A stretch of DNA of 64,000 nucleotides from Podospora anserina (GCA_017654855.1 CM030338.1:3720001-3784000), one strand, 5' to 3'. Numbered from the stretch's first letter, positions 43,239 through 56,408 are shown. Program-made: numbers and translations. The notes: generated from the sequence alone by a model not told the origin.

Positions 43239-45309
43239 AATAGAGTAAGAAAAAGTGAGGATTTGTGTGATGGCAATCATGTACAAAAGGGTGTTCCAAG
43301 ATAACATTCCAGAGGTGATATATCTTTTATATTTGATTCCTGATCATACAACCTCCTATCCAAGGTAGATACCTCGCGGGTCTGCTTCTTGAAACAGCCT
43401 CATGTTCGTCGTCCCATGTTGGATGTCAGGCCATTCCTGTCCGACACAGTGGACATCACAATGCTGCAACAGTGGAACAGCTGCGTGAGAGCTTGTACCC
43501 AATGGAACCACCATCTTCACAAGAAGCCCAAAACGAAGCGCGACCGGCCTGCAGTTTCGGTGTCTCCTTGACCGCATACTAGGTAGTCCTGTGATGAGAC
43601 GACCAGCGTTGCGCCCATTATCATATGGGCTTGAAGACACACTAGGATGCTGTCAACGAGACTTGACCGAGAGGTATTGGAAACAAGAAATTCAAGCGGT
43701 AATGCACTAGCGGCGAAGCTAAACATCTTCGGCGTCACGCCCGTGATGTGGGTGCTAGTAGGGGGCTAGAAGAGACCAAGACAGTGCCGACAGCCATGAG
43801 GACATTGTATACGCCGACCAAATCACCCTGTATTTCTCGGTGTAGAGTGTGGACCTTGGGGCCGGATATGTGATCCTGACAGATACGAAAGGGGCCGAAG
43901 CAACGTCTCAGAGCGCTTATTAGGTAGTTACCAAGACCCCAACGCCACGAGGGTTACTATATTTGATGTTGAGAAAGGAGCTGCAACTGCTGTCAGATTC
44001 GGCAAGCTGGATATCTCTCCGGCACTTGGACGCATACAAGCAGCCTTGCCAGGCAGTCATGAAACCTTGATCCCGGGGGCTGGGTCTCTGCGGCCGCATA
44101 GAGGTGGGCGGCCGCCATCAAAGGTGGTGTGGTGGGGAGAACAAGAGGCCAATCAGTATGAGTTTTTGAAGATGAACATGTGCGGCGGCTGCCACACCAT
44201 GTCGAGGGCTGTTGGTACTCGACAACGTCGTCAGCAGAGCCGCAGGATTGCTCTCGGTGAGAACCAAGGTGAGGGTGTGATTGGGATTGCATTGGAGGTG
44301 GTGTTTGCAGCCACTGAGGCGCCAATGATTAGAGGCCGTCTTGATTGGCCGTGACTATATCAGCATTGCCAAAAGAACAGTGGATTTCTTCTTCCAAGAC
44401 ACCGTTGAACCAGCGAGCATGGAAGGTGGAGCGCGATAAGCGCCGAAGAAACGCAAGTGTCGCCAGGATCAACCAAATAAGCCTCGTGATCGGACCACAG
44501 GAAAGATCGCCAATACTAGGATTTGATATGGTTTTGTCCTAACGATGTTTGAAATCTGGACTTGATCATAAGCTGTTGCAACGCTGATATTAAGCCACGA
44601 GGTAGCCCGGCGTGGAAGCTTGAATCTGCTCGCACTGTGAATCTTCCCGTGACAAAGCTGTCAGTGACTTTCGATAGTGAATAATGATATCAAGCGAGTG
44701 GATAGATATAAAATGGAAGTGAAGGGGACTGGGTTTTCCCGCGGAATTGAATAAGAATCCTGCATTGAGACTTGGAAATGGCCCACGATACGGTCTCTTT
44801 TGTGATGTAGCGACCATTGGAGGCATCTTGGAAATAACTTCATCTTGGACCCCACTTACAGGTATGTAGAAGTGGTTTATTTAGATTTTGGCACAAGAGT
44901 TACAAGTTAAGCGTTTTGGCGTTTTCGCATAACCTTCCAGGTTGGCTGTTGAGAACTAAAAAATATTCTATACCGGTATATAAGAGTAACTTACTCCCAC
45001 AGAGAACCCAGTCCCAAGAAGAATCCTTCACCCTTTGATTCACAATCAGTTTCACCATCCATCCATTCACAACAAACTCACTATTCAACCTTCAGACAGA
45101 CAAAATGATGCGAGGACGTGGTGCCCCACAGTCTGAACAGAGACAACCCCACTCTCCAGGAGCAGGGGTAAAGCGGTCGCAACCCCGCAATGGTATGCCC
45201 TGCTGCTGCTGCTGCGAACTTCCAAGGCGCATCCCACTCAATTACTCACATCACCTCTCATAAAACAGGCAAAGATCCCAATACAGCTTCAGAGGGAAAA
45301 AAGACCGGC

Positions 45310-46527
45310 ATGCGATTCGCCTCACCTCGCCAGACGGTGGCCAGCATAGATGAGACCGAGGGGGTCGGCCTCATCATCACTGAGCCAGAGGATCTATGGC
45401 ACGCCAACAACCTCATCGCAATTGGCGACACCGTCTATGCCCCCACCAACCGCAAGGTCGCCACCGAGACTCTCACAGGATCAACATTCACTCAAAAAGT
45501 GCGCATCGAGCTGGCCGTCAAGGTCACCGACACCTCTTTTGACCCGCGCGCCTCGGAACTTCGCGTGGCGGGCACTATTGTCAACGAAAATGAAATCGCT
45601 GCCGTGGGACAGTACCACACCATCACCCTCAAGCACACTGATCGCGACATCAAGTTTACCATATGGAAGGAGCAAGGCTGGGACTCGGTGGCCCGCGCCC
45701 TGCTCGCAGAGGCTGTCAGCGAGACGGCCAACAAGGACGTGGTGTTTGCAGTGGTGATGCAGGAGGGAATGGCCAATCTCTGCCTGATCACCGAGTCAAG
45801 AACATTGGTCAAGCAGAGGATCGAGCACACCATCCCCAAGAAGAGGTCGTCGCGCAAGGAGGCCGAGGGAGGCATGTCAGACTTTTACGGGAAGATTCTG
45901 TCAGCCATACTCAGCGCCATCGACTTCAACGAGCGCTCCGGCATCCCCAAGCAACTACTACTCGCCAGTCCTGGCTTCGTCGCGCATAACTTTCGAGATT
46001 ACATGAAGGAGTATGCCGAGAAGAAAGCGAACAAGCCACTGGCACGGTTGGCTACCGAGGCGGCCGTGATCCACACGAGCACTGGACATGTGCACAGTCT
46101 CAACGAGGTGCTCAAGAGCCCCGAGGCACAACGAACCATGCGAGACTCCAAGTTCACCAACGAGACAAAGCTGATGGACAATTTCTACCAAAAGCTTCGG
46201 CAAGACGATGGGAGGGCGTGGTACGGTGTTCAGCCAGTCGCGAAGGCCATCAGAGAAGGTGCCGTGGGCCGTGGCGGCGGTGTGTTGATGGTGAACAGCG
46301 CCTTTTTCAAGAGCATGGACGTGGCGGAGCGGCAGAAATATGTTGCACTTGTCGACAAGGTCAGGGAAGATGGCGGCGACGTTAGACTGCTCAGCAGCGA
46401 CCACGAGAGCGGCCAGCGGTTGGATGCATTGGGCGGGATCTGTGCGCTCCTGACATACCCGTTGCATGATCTTGACGAGGAGGATGAGGAGGAAGATGCG
46501 TCGGCGGCGGGGACGACAATAATATGA
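45310..46527 (+). CDS. dom34: Pelota/Dom34 ribosome rescue factor (core CDS; probable upstream exon from 45105)
   Basis: EPEDLWHANNLI, GQYHTI, AVVMQEG.AN.CLIT, LLLASPGF, HSLNEVL, RAWYG, LSSDHESGQRLDALGGICALLTYP. Confidence 0.95.
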   Translation: MRFASPRQTVASIDETEGVGLIITEPEDLWHANNLIAIGDTVYAPTNRKVATETLTGSTFTQKVRIELAVKVTDTSFDPRASELRVAGTIVNENEIAAVGQYHTITLKHTDRDIKFTIWKEQGWDSVARALLAEAVSETANKDVVFAVVMQEGMANLCLITESRTLVKQRIEHTIPKKRSSRKEAEGGMSDFYGKILSAILSAIDFNERSGIPKQLLLASPGFVAHNFRDYMKEYAEKKANKPLARLATEAAVIHTSTGHVHSLNEVLKSPEAQRTMRDSKFTNETKLMDNFYQKLRQDDGRAWYGVQPVAKAIREGAVGRGGGVLMVNSAFFKSMDVAERQKYVALVDKVREDGGDVRLLSSDHESGQRLDALGGICALLTYPLHDLDEEDEEEDASAAGTTII

Positions 46528-47260
46528 AGCTGAGTCCGGTGTTTATCGGCAGACGTTGGCCTGCGGTGGGTTCCCGGCTCGGTAGCTGGTGGTTCTGATG
46601 GCGCTAGCATCGGGTGCTGCCGAGGGTTTACAGTTCGCTTAACGACCTGGAACTTGGTACAACGTCATCAACATGACATATCTAGGATAACCAGGACCTA
46701 AGGGAATGCGGCATGAAGTTTGATGTACAGGTATAGATAGACAGAGTGCAGATTTTAATATCCAACAGCAAAGGACAATCGATTGTATCTTTGTTTTTAT
46801 ACATTATTCTGTCCTTGATGACATTTACAGAGTAGGTACTCGCGGCGCAGATCCACAGGGACGGGTTTCGGGGATTGAGCTACCGTTTGCGAGCAGTTGA
46901 AACCCATCGACGTTGATGATGTAACCTGTTGAACCACTGTTGAAACAAACAAACATCACACCATCCTCAAGTTCTCTTTCTGTTCCGCATATACGCCTGA
47001 TTGCCACACAACGGCCATTGTTGGTAGAGACCTCGTCATTCTCATTCTCGGATCGATCGGTACGCGTATACGGCCCCATCCCGATCGCCTGCGTCATCCA
47101 GTCTCCGCTCCCGCTCCCCGCAGTTCAGCTTTCCTTGCCCCGCCAAGCTGAGGTCGGACACGGACACACGGACAACTGTCAAATCCTCCGCTTGCTGCCG
47201 GCTCCCCTCATCCAACTTCACCTTTACCCACCGTGTTCCAGGCTAGGCCAGTCAAGAAAA

Positions 47261-47295
47261 CGGTAGACGGTAGATGCTAGACGGTAGACGGCAGA
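47261..47295. repeat. Imperfect 7-bp tandem repeat (CGGTAGA) x5
   Basis: CGGTAGA CGGTAGA TGCTAGA CGGTAGA CGGCAGA. Confidence 0.8.
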
Positions 47296-47585
47296 CCACG
47301 GACGAACCGGGCCGACGACGTTGAAGGAAAGAAAGAGCAGCAGCCTTACACTGTCGCACAAAACACTGCCGCATAGTAAAAAGTTCGTTGCATGTGCCAG
47401 CGTGACAGGGCTGGTTATAGCCTGCAGATCGGCATCCGGGCCCCTCTCTTGAGTCCGATCAAGCTCCATCCATGCCTCCTGCGAAACGGCATGCCCAACA
47501 TTTGTTACACGGTAGGCGTGTTGAGGTGGTGGTCAGCAGCAAAGGCTGAAATGCCAGAACAGTGTCACTTGAACACAACGCCGAC

Positions 47586-50500
47586 ATGGCAAGCATTTGG
47601 TCTACCATAAAGGCGGCGGCCCCCTCTCGCACGCGGGCGCCGGAGCAACAGAACCAGCCCCAGTCCCAGCACCAGCCAAGCGAAAGTGAGCCGTCGCCAA
47701 TACCGCCGGTCCGGGGTGTCGCTAGCAGGGCCTCATCGTTGTCACGATCCAGGGTCCCGGGAACAACGCCGCCGCCGCCGCAACAGTCGGTGCCAAGATC
47801 AACCAGCATCTCGGGTGAAATCCGAGGTAAGTCGCCTAGCCCTCCATTTGTGGATATCATCAAAATTACGAGTACCCCCAAAGGAGTAATGCCATATCAT
47901 CACGTTTCCCCTGACCGTTTCCCCGTTCCGTTCTCCCATCCCACCATTGTCATCGCCCGTTGGTAGTTTGTCCAGTCGCCAATCGCAAGGTCGCAGCTTG
48001 CAGCTCGCAGGACTGCTTGTTTTTGTTTGGTTCGAGCAGTCGGCGAGACATGCAAAGGCGAGGCCCTGGCAACTGGCATACGCGGCCGTGACGTTATCCT
48101 CCGTTTCTTCATCTGCTCCTCCCTTGCTTTCGGCAGCAGCCATGGCTACAAGCTTAGGAGCTCACGCGATGGCAACAGGCAGCAATAGTAGCAACCAACA
48201 GAGCCGTTCCTCTCCGATTCCGTCCCCCAGTGCAGCCAACACCTCGACTACACAGCCCCCAAGTACCAGCAAAAAGACTTCGTCTAGGCTTTCGCGGAGC
48301 TACACTTCCATTGGGCTAACCGGCAAGGAGAAAGAAAGGGAAAAGGAAAAGGAAAAGGAAAAAGGCCGGGAACAAGACGTCGATGATGAGAATGCAGACG
48401 ACACTGGCGACCAAAGCACCGCCGCCGGTAACGGGACAGCTGGGCCGGGCATCACCATCGGAGTGAACCAAAGCGCGCACACACCCTCACCAATACCGAG
48501 TCCGGCTCTCGATCCCCTGTCACAGGTGAGTAGTGGTAATGGCCGTGGCGGTGGGGTGGACGCTTCACTGTAGCCTGTCTAACCGTATACGCGTATAGCA
48601 AATCTACCTACGACGCAACAGCGAGGTTCCCATATCAGGTCGACGTTCGATGCATATGGCCGAAGGGCTAGCACGATCCAGTTCGGACTTTTTGAGAGCT
48701 GTCACACCAGCAGGAGATGTGAGCAAAGACAAGAGGTAGGCCAACAGACTGCCGTGGCGAGGCAATGGGATTGAAGAAAGACACGGCTAACGGAGTGTGT
48801 TGAATTTATACAGCAAGAAAGGAGGTTCATTTCTCAGTCGTTTGAGCATGCGCGGTGGCCGCAAGAAGGACACAGCCGACTTTGATTCAGACTCGGAATT
48901 TGGTGTCGAGGCCCGGATGGACGGCACCAATGCCCGAGTCTTCAGCCAGACGTTAAGCAACCCAGTCATGGGCGGAGGCTATGTCCCCCATCACAAGGAA
49001 CCGCCACGATACATTCGAACCAAGGCGACCAACAAAAAAGCAAGAGAGTTCAACCGCATGTTTCTGGCCCAAGAATTGGTCGGCACAAGACCTCCCAAAG
49101 ATGAAGAGAAGGCCGACGCGAACAAGGCACCTGTTGTGACAGTCAGCGTGGCTGGTGGCGGCGATCGCAAGACAGCGAGGTCAGGCGGAGCAATCTGGGC
49201 GACTGAGTTCAGCAGAGACGGGAAGTACCTGGCCACGGGCGGGCGAGACCACATTGTCAGGATATGGGCAGTCTTGACGACATCCGACGAGCGCCGGGCA
49301 CACGAAGAGGATGAGAACGCCAATGGCGGACCTGGAGAACGGCTTAGTGCGCCGGTATTCAGGGACCGGCCGCTGATGGAGTTTGAGGGACACACCGGGG
49401 AGGTCTTGGACCTCAGCTGGAGCAAGAACAACTTTTTGCTGTCGTCCTCGATGGACAAAACTGTCAGGCTATGGCATCTTAGTCGAAGAGAATGCCTCTG
49501 CACGTTCAAGCACAAGGACTTTGTCACGCGGTTAGCCTTCCACCCCCGGGATGACCGCTTCTTCCTGGCCGGCTCCCTGGATACCATGCTGCGATTATGG
49601 AGCATTCCGGACAAGGCAGTGGCCTTCTCGGCCAACCTTCCCGATCTCATCACTGCGGTTGCATTTTCCCCAGACGGAAAGATAGCGATTGCCGGCCTAC
49701 TGAATGGCCTCTGCGTCTTTTTCGAGACAGAAGGACTCAAACAACAGACACAAATTCACGTACGCTCATCTCGTGGCAAAAATGCCAAAGGAAGCAAGAT
49801 TACAGGGATCCAGACCATGCTTGTGCATCCACCAGCCCCGGCCTACCCAACTCATCAACCACCAGGTTCCAGTGCGGCCTCGCATGCTTCCACTGACGTG
49901 CCCAGTAACGCCGAGGTGCGAGTGATGGTCACATCCAATGACAGTCGAATCCGAATCTACAGTCTACGGGATCAGACCATGGAGGTTAAGCTCAAAGGGC
50001 ACGAGAACTCCTGCAGTCAAATCGCAGCCACATTTTCAGACGATGGAAAATATGTGGTCTGCGGAAGCGAGGATCGCAAGGCTTTTGTTTGGAGTGTGAC
50101 GGGCAAGGGGGTGCCGCTGACCACGGACAAGGACAAATCGCCTTGCGAGTATTTTGAAGCACACGGCGAGACCGTCACGACGGCTCTTTTTGCGCCAACA
50201 CAAACGAGGATGCTTCTTGGTCAGAGCGGAGATCCGATCTACGATCTATGCAATCCACCACCTGTGGTTTTGCAGAGCCTGGATGAGGTTGCCAGTGCCG
50301 CAGCAAGCACCACCGGGTCTCAACTAGCACCTGCGTCAGAACACCTGGTTAAAAGGCCGGAGCCGAGTCCCGCTTATATTGCCAGATCTACCCATTACGA
50401 TGGTAACATTCTCATCACAACAGGCGATACCGGCATCATTAAGGTCTTTCGCCAAGATTGCGCCTTCGGCAAGCGCAGACACGAGAGCTGGGAGACAGGA

Positions 50501-51595
50501 AGCACGTTCAGTCGGAAGCTGGCGCCCAGCAACGGATTCATGAGTGGAAACGGGCTAGGTCGCAGTGGCAGCGTGATGACAAGAACCAGCGGTGGCAGCG
50601 TCACACGTAGCCGAAGAGGGTCTCTTACCCAGCCATTCTCACCACAGCTTGGCCCAGTTGGCGGCAGCTCCGACCGAATTCTCAGCTGGCGCCAGGGGAT
50701 CGAAAACGGAGGCGACAAGCGATCCAGCGCTCTATTAAATGGGAGCGCGACGCCAGCAGCTAGCGAAAGATCGATGAGCCCGGCCAAGGTCATCCGGACG
50801 CCCCTGAGTTCACAGGTGAACTTGGCAAGCGAGGCCAGAAAACAGCCATATGCGAACTCGACCGTCGCGTCAAGAAACAGGGCTGGCAGCACCCTGACGA
50901 GCCCAACGGCCAGTGTGTTTAGTAACGCACCCTCGCGTGTCCCCTCGAGGCTCCTCAGAGAAAGACGCATGTCAAAGGAGCCGGAGGAGGAAACGTCAGT
51001 GCCGCCGACTCCGAGCTTTACCTACATGTCAGCAAGTGAGAATGATCCGCCCGATTCTCCTGCAGGAACAGGGGTGGGTTCGGGGGGAGGCAGCACCACA
51101 TCGTCATTTTGGAATCTGAACCGATGGCGAGGGATCACGGCCTTCAAAGTCAACGCTTCGTCGCCCAACCAAAGCGGTAGCGGTGTGGAGGGACACAAAC
51201 GCAGCGACAGTCGCAGTTCTATAGTGAAGCGGGTCCAAGGGGACGCCGGTCCTGGCGATGAGAAGGAACAAGGCAGCCCAGAACAGCGCGTAGGAACATC
51301 AAGGCGACAGAGCACAGGCACGGGGCTGTTACCAGCTGCTCATGTGGTGAGAAACAGCACTGATGGGAATGGAAAGGACAAGAAGCATCAGCGCATGTCT
51401 CTCCCAGCTGGAGCAGTCTTGAGCCAGGCCGACAGCGAGGCTGACGTCCGGTCCATCCCAGCGAATGGAGGGATGGTAGCGCCCGTCAACCCTCTGCAAG
51501 TGCGTCGAGATGGCTCTCCATACCGGCACCTCTGGAGTCGCGGAAGCTCGTCCCATGGTAGCGGAGGGAGACCTGGCTCAGATTTGGGCAGTTAG
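47586..51595 (+). CDS. WD40-repeat protein, WDR44/Rab11BP (yeast YMR102C/Dgr2)-like; ~4 exons
   Basis: FLAQEL, AIWATEFSRDGKYLATGG, GHTGEVLDLSWSKNNFLLSSSMDKTVRLWH, FHPRDDRFFLAGSLD, GSKITG, VTSNDSRIR; introns 47827-48136 (inferred), 48526-48598, 48736-48813. Confidence 0.9.
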
Positions 51596-52009
51596 AGATG
51601 TCTAGGGGATTGTAACTATACTACTACATAAGAGCGAGCGTTTTGTTAGCATGGCGTTGGATAGGTTGTGACGCAATTGGATGAAAGGGGGTTCCGGGAC
51701 AAAATCGGAGCATCAATGCCGTGTTGCATTGGGTTCCCTGAGAATATACCATGAACCAAAAGTGAAGCAATACTCCGTCATTCATGCTTGCTGAAAAGAG
51801 GATATCCAGAAGTGCGCCACACAAGCCAGAGACAAGCTGGCCCACGGCCAACCCAGCGGCCAACCGTTTGTATCTCCAACGACATACCACCACTTGCTTG
51901 GTGGTGGCTGCTGTATCTCTCTTCCCTGGTCTCTGTGCCAAAGCCTCATTCGACCATGTCTGACCCATATCATATCGTACCAAATTCTGCACTCCTTTTT
52001 CAACCCCTT

Positions 52010-52587
52010 TTAAGCAGTGGCGGCAGCCTCCTCCTCCTTCTCCTCCTCCTTGGGAGCCTCCTCAGCCGAACCCTCGGCACCCTTCTTGGCCAGCCCGCCC
52101 AGCTCGTTGGCCAACAGGGTCAGGTTCCTGGGGTCGGCGCCGCGGATCTGGACGACGCGGTCGGCGCTCTCGCCCTCGCCGAGCTTGACGCCGCCGCCGA
52201 GCTTGCGGCCCTGGACGTCGATGCCCTTGCCCACCTGGCCGTCGACGACGAAGACGAAGGAGGGCATGGCGGTGATGCCGTACTCCTTTGCGATGTCGGC
52301 CGAGGCGTCAACGTCGATTTTGGCGAAGGCGAGCTGGCCTGGGACGGAGTGAGACTTGGAGAGCTTGGCGAAGAGGGGGGCTATGGCTTTGCAGGGTCCG
52401 CACCTGGGGGGGCGAGATAGTTAGTAAACGGCCGGGGGAGGGGGGGGGGGGAATATTGTAGTTGGTAGAAAGTAAGTAGAGGGGGGACAACATACCACTC
52501 GGCCCAGAAGTCGAGGATGACGTATTTGGTGGAGGTGATGAGCTGGTTGAGCTCGTCCAGGGTGGAGATTTTGATTGGCTCGGCCAT
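52010..52587 (-). CDS. Thioredoxin; 2 exons (52587-52496, 52403-52010)
   Basis: DFWAEWCGPCKAIAP formed across the intron; AKIDVD, ITAMPSF, IRGAD. Confidence 0.93.
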
Positions 52588-53111
52588 TGTAGCGGTTTGT
52601 AGCGGGAGGAACTAAAAATGTCGTTGGTATAGGTGTGAGATATGAAAATTCACGATTTCAGGGGTCGTAGAAATGGATATTTCATGATGCGCAAAGGGTT
52701 CACTGAAAGGGATTAATAATGGGGGTGCGGGGTTTATGGCAGAGCTGCAGGACAGGGAGCGGGATTGCAATGGCGGGGTCTTTTCCACGCGTGCTGGGGA
52801 GCGCGATGCGGGGCAGTTTGGATCAATCGAGTCTGTACCATGTCTTGGCTCCATGTCCCACGGTTCACGGGCTCAACTCAGATGCCAACTCACCTCTGCA
52901 ATTCATTTGTCACAGCTTGGGGGTCCTGCAAGCCGCCATGACAGCTGCTCGAAAACGGAAGGTGCCACTGTCGCTGATCTGCCGAACCCAGCCTCTCGCT
53001 TCTCACTCTGCGATTCACCATTGCGGAGATTCCATTTAAGCTTAAATCGCCAGACCTTGCGGTGTCTCATCAGTCAAGTTCACTAAAGAAGCCATCTTGT
53101 AAACAGACAAC

Positions 53112-53831
53112 ATGGCCAACCTTGCCTCTGCAGAGATTAAAGCCCGCCTGGAGCGCTCATACGACGCGATAGCAACCACCTACAGCACCTGGGCCGTTAA
53201 CCATCCATGTTCGCTGAGGTTCTCCTATCTAGATCGCCTCCTCAGTCTCTTGCAGACCGAAAACCCAACAGATGACTCAGAAGCACCAACCAAGTCGGCG
53301 CTGGAGCTGGGCTGCGGCAACGGGTACCCCATCCTCCAACGCCTCTTTTCCGCCGGTTTGTTCTCTTGCATTGTGGCAAACGACCTCTCCTCTGTACAGC
53401 TCAACTCGGCCAAGTCGGCACTAGAAGCGAAACATGACAATGTCCAGGCAGACTGGAGACAAGGGGATATGACATGTCTGTCGTTTAACCCCTGCTCCTT
53501 CGACATCATCATTGGCCTCTACACGCTTATACATCTGCCACGCTCCGAACAGCTGCTCATGCTGGAGAAGATCAGTCTCTGGTTGAAGCCGGGCGGGCTT
53601 GCCCTTGTCAACTTCAGCAAAGAGGACACGGAGGCCGAGGTCATTGAGGAGTGGCTGGGTCGCGAAGAGGGCTGGATGTTCTGGTCCGGGTACGGAGCCG
53701 ATAACATGCCGCGTCTGATCCAACAGGTGGACGGTTTGGAGATGGTGGTGGGTGAGCTCAGACCGGAGGACGAAGGCTCAGCTAATGTTGAGTTTTATTG
53801 GGTTATCCTTCGCAAAATCCCGACACATTAA
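53112..53831 (+). CDS. Class I SAM-dependent methyltransferase
   Basis: ALELGCGNG, ANDLSSVQL, QGDMT.L.F, YTLIHLP, WLKPGG. Confidence 0.9.
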   Translation: MANLASAEIKARLERSYDAIATTYSTWAVNHPCSLRFSYLDRLLSLLQTENPTDDSEAPTKSALELGCGNGYPILQRLFSAGLFSCIVANDLSSVQLNSAKSALEAKHDNVQADWRQGDMTCLSFNPCSFDIIIGLYTLIHLPRSEQLLMLEKISLWLKPGGLALVNFSKEDTEAEVIEEWLGREEGWMFWSGYGADNMPRLIQQVDGLEMVVGELRPEDEGSANVEFYWVILRKIPTH

Positions 53832-54220
53832 AACCGAGCACGACATTCTCATAAAACGACCATTAAATTCTACACACCATGATTGAACTTCGTGCGGACC
53901 ATCTCATCCGCTGGGCGCCAAGGGAAAGTTCCTTGCGTACGCTATTGGATGACAGAAAGCCTCACTGATTGCCTTGCAATGCACCGTCGTCATGCGCCCA
54001 AGTAATCGAAACCGATTACGAGGAGGGGAGGCTGCAAGCGCGCGGCGAGCTCTTCAACACTTAGAGTCAGAGGCCTCTGGGGCTGAGCTGAGCTGAATTC
54101 GGAATGAAACAACACCGAATTTCCAGTTCAGAGCCTTATCAGCTGCTACATAGCTCCAAGCCGTGTGACCTCGATGCAGGGGAAATATCGAAAGAAAGAT
54201 AAGAATTTAACACAGCCCTA

Positions 54221-54240
54221 CCCCCCCCCCCCCCCCCCCC
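54221..54240. repeat. Poly-C homopolymer (~20 nt)
   Basis: Read directly. Confidence 0.9.
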
Positions 54241-54507
54241 AAGAAAAGGGAAGCCCTGCCTAGACGAAAGAAACGTCCGCCCACGACGCCACTAATCTGT
54301 CTGGTCGATTCATCTAAGTGTGTCATGTGGCCAACAAAGGTCATAACTGGACTGTGGCTTGATGCGTATAGCTTTCGGGATGCCGCACATCCTGGTCTAG
54401 AAATTATAATATATCTTGCATGGGACGCAGACAGACAACCGACTGTCATGATCATCACCACCCTTCCACTACTACGCTGGCATAGCACTCATATAGCTGG
54501 TTATATT

Positions 54508-56408
54508 ATGGATGGAAATATCACTCTACGTTATGTCGGCGGGTTCGGTTTTGAAGGGCCTTATACATTTCTCCAAGAGGCGCTTGCAAACACAACTGAC
54601 CCCCTGGCAAGCCCGTACCTCCAACTGGCCCACGATGGAAGCTACATCTCCATTACCCGTGATGCCTGCCTGGCCATCACAAACATGACAGCCGATATCT
54701 ACACGGCGTACGATAACCAGGGGATATGGAATAGACTTGTGAGTTTTTCTCATCATGTACTGTGGAAAAGATGATAAACTGACGACAACAGGTCACCTGG
54801 AAATTCCCCCTTGTCTCCCTCCTCTTTCACTTCTCCCGTCCTCCCTTCCCCCTCCGAGTATGGACGAACACCAGTCTTTTCATGCTGATCCACCTCCTGG
54901 GCAGCCCTGTAACAAATATCGCGTCCCTCTTGCACACGCTCTCTTCCTGCCGGCACAGCGCAAAGAAGATGCAAAAGAAGCTACGAGATATCCAAAGAGA
55001 CATCAAGGACGAGTTGGCGTCCTGGAGGCTGGAAAGCCCCCTGGCGAGGGAGTTGGTACACAGCCACTCGGGAAAATCCACCAGCGAGCGAAAATTCACC
55101 AGCCTGTGGAAGCAGCTGTCTCTGATCAAAGTCTCGTACGATGAATGGGGCGTCGAATCCTCCGAGTTCCTCATGCGTACGCTTGACAGCCTCTTCCTCG
55201 ACCCTCTGCCCCTTCGTTACGGGTCAAGATCACTCGTTCAAAGAAGGGAAGTACTCGCCCAGATTAAAAAGGCGGCTGACATGCTCGCTGCTGATCGGGC
55301 GACGTATGTGCTTCCTATTTTCATCGCGCAGTTTGTGTTTATCGCCTCCATCAGCGCGGCGTTTTGGAGGGTGATTGGGGTTTTCCCTGAGGATGGGGAG
55401 TGGACGAATGTGGAGGCTTATTCGATCGCCATGTCGGCGCCGTTTTTGTACATGGTGCCGGCTGTGTTTTTGAGCGCGATTATCGGGGTAAGTCAGACGG
55501 AGAGGAGTGTGGTGAGGGTGTTGAATGATTTGGGGGAGAAGCTGATGAAGGAGGAGTGGGTGGTTGAGAGGGGGGTTTCTTTGGGGACCGAGGGTGAGAA
55601 GGAGAGGGCGGTGGTGGTTTCGGTTGGTGTTGCGGCTGGACGTGGGGCGTCTCCAGTAACGAGTGATACTGAGAGGGATGAGAGTCCTGGGAGTGAACAG
55701 TTGCTGCTGTTGACGCCTCGGGGCCAAGCGACAACTGCTGAACCGACAACAAATGTCAGCGCAGAGGCTGTAAAGAGGGAATCGGTCAGGATACCGGTCG
55801 TGGTGGAGAAACAGCCCATCTTTCAGAGGGTGTGTCACGGGGGAATCTATGGCTGGAGGCCCGAGATCCTCACAGCACGACAGATACGACAGACATGGCG
55901 CCACGTTGTTTTGGCCTTGAATCTCGTCATCATGTCTGTGGTTGTGGCATCATGGATATCTTACCGGGTGCCTCCGGAAGGATTCGACTGTCGTAACGCA
56001 GGGCAGGCGGCGCTGTTGATAATGTGGTTGCTCAGCTTTGTGCTGGACTGTGTCTTTGCATACTACATGGACCGCTGGGGCCATCTCGAGAGTGGGAAGG
56101 GCTACTGGTATGAGGCTGTGTTTATCAAGGACTTCATCGTGGGATGGGCGGCCGTTGTCATGATTTTGGTTGTCCAAGTAGGCATCTTCAACCGGTGCGA
56201 CTGCTTCTCACTTTGGGGAAAGGTCCCGGTTGCTCTGCCGCAGATTCCAGAGGTTGCTGCTGTGTTGATGCATCGTATTTCATTTGAGTGGCCTGCGGTG
56301 ACATTTGGATGGATTGCTATAGAGCTCGGCATTTGCGCTGTGATTTGGTGGACGTATAGAGATGCCTTTAGCGTGTATAACCAAGAGGACGGGGGTGAGG
56401 AGAAATGA
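54508..56408 (+). CDS. Multi-pass membrane protein of unknown function; 2 exons (54508-54738, 54792-56408)
   Basis: Intron gtgagt..ctgac..acag joins WNRL to VTWKFPL; several hydrophobic helices; GFDCR and GIFNRCDC Cys motifs. Confidence 0.75.

Noticed and set aside
43350-44550. Protein-like fragments between the amidoligase and Dom34 genes
   Set aside because: Interrupted by stops in all frames; may be a relic but no family could be assigned
50395-50970. Antisense ORFs within the WD40 gene (also 48991-49740)
   Set aside because: Shadows of the coding strand
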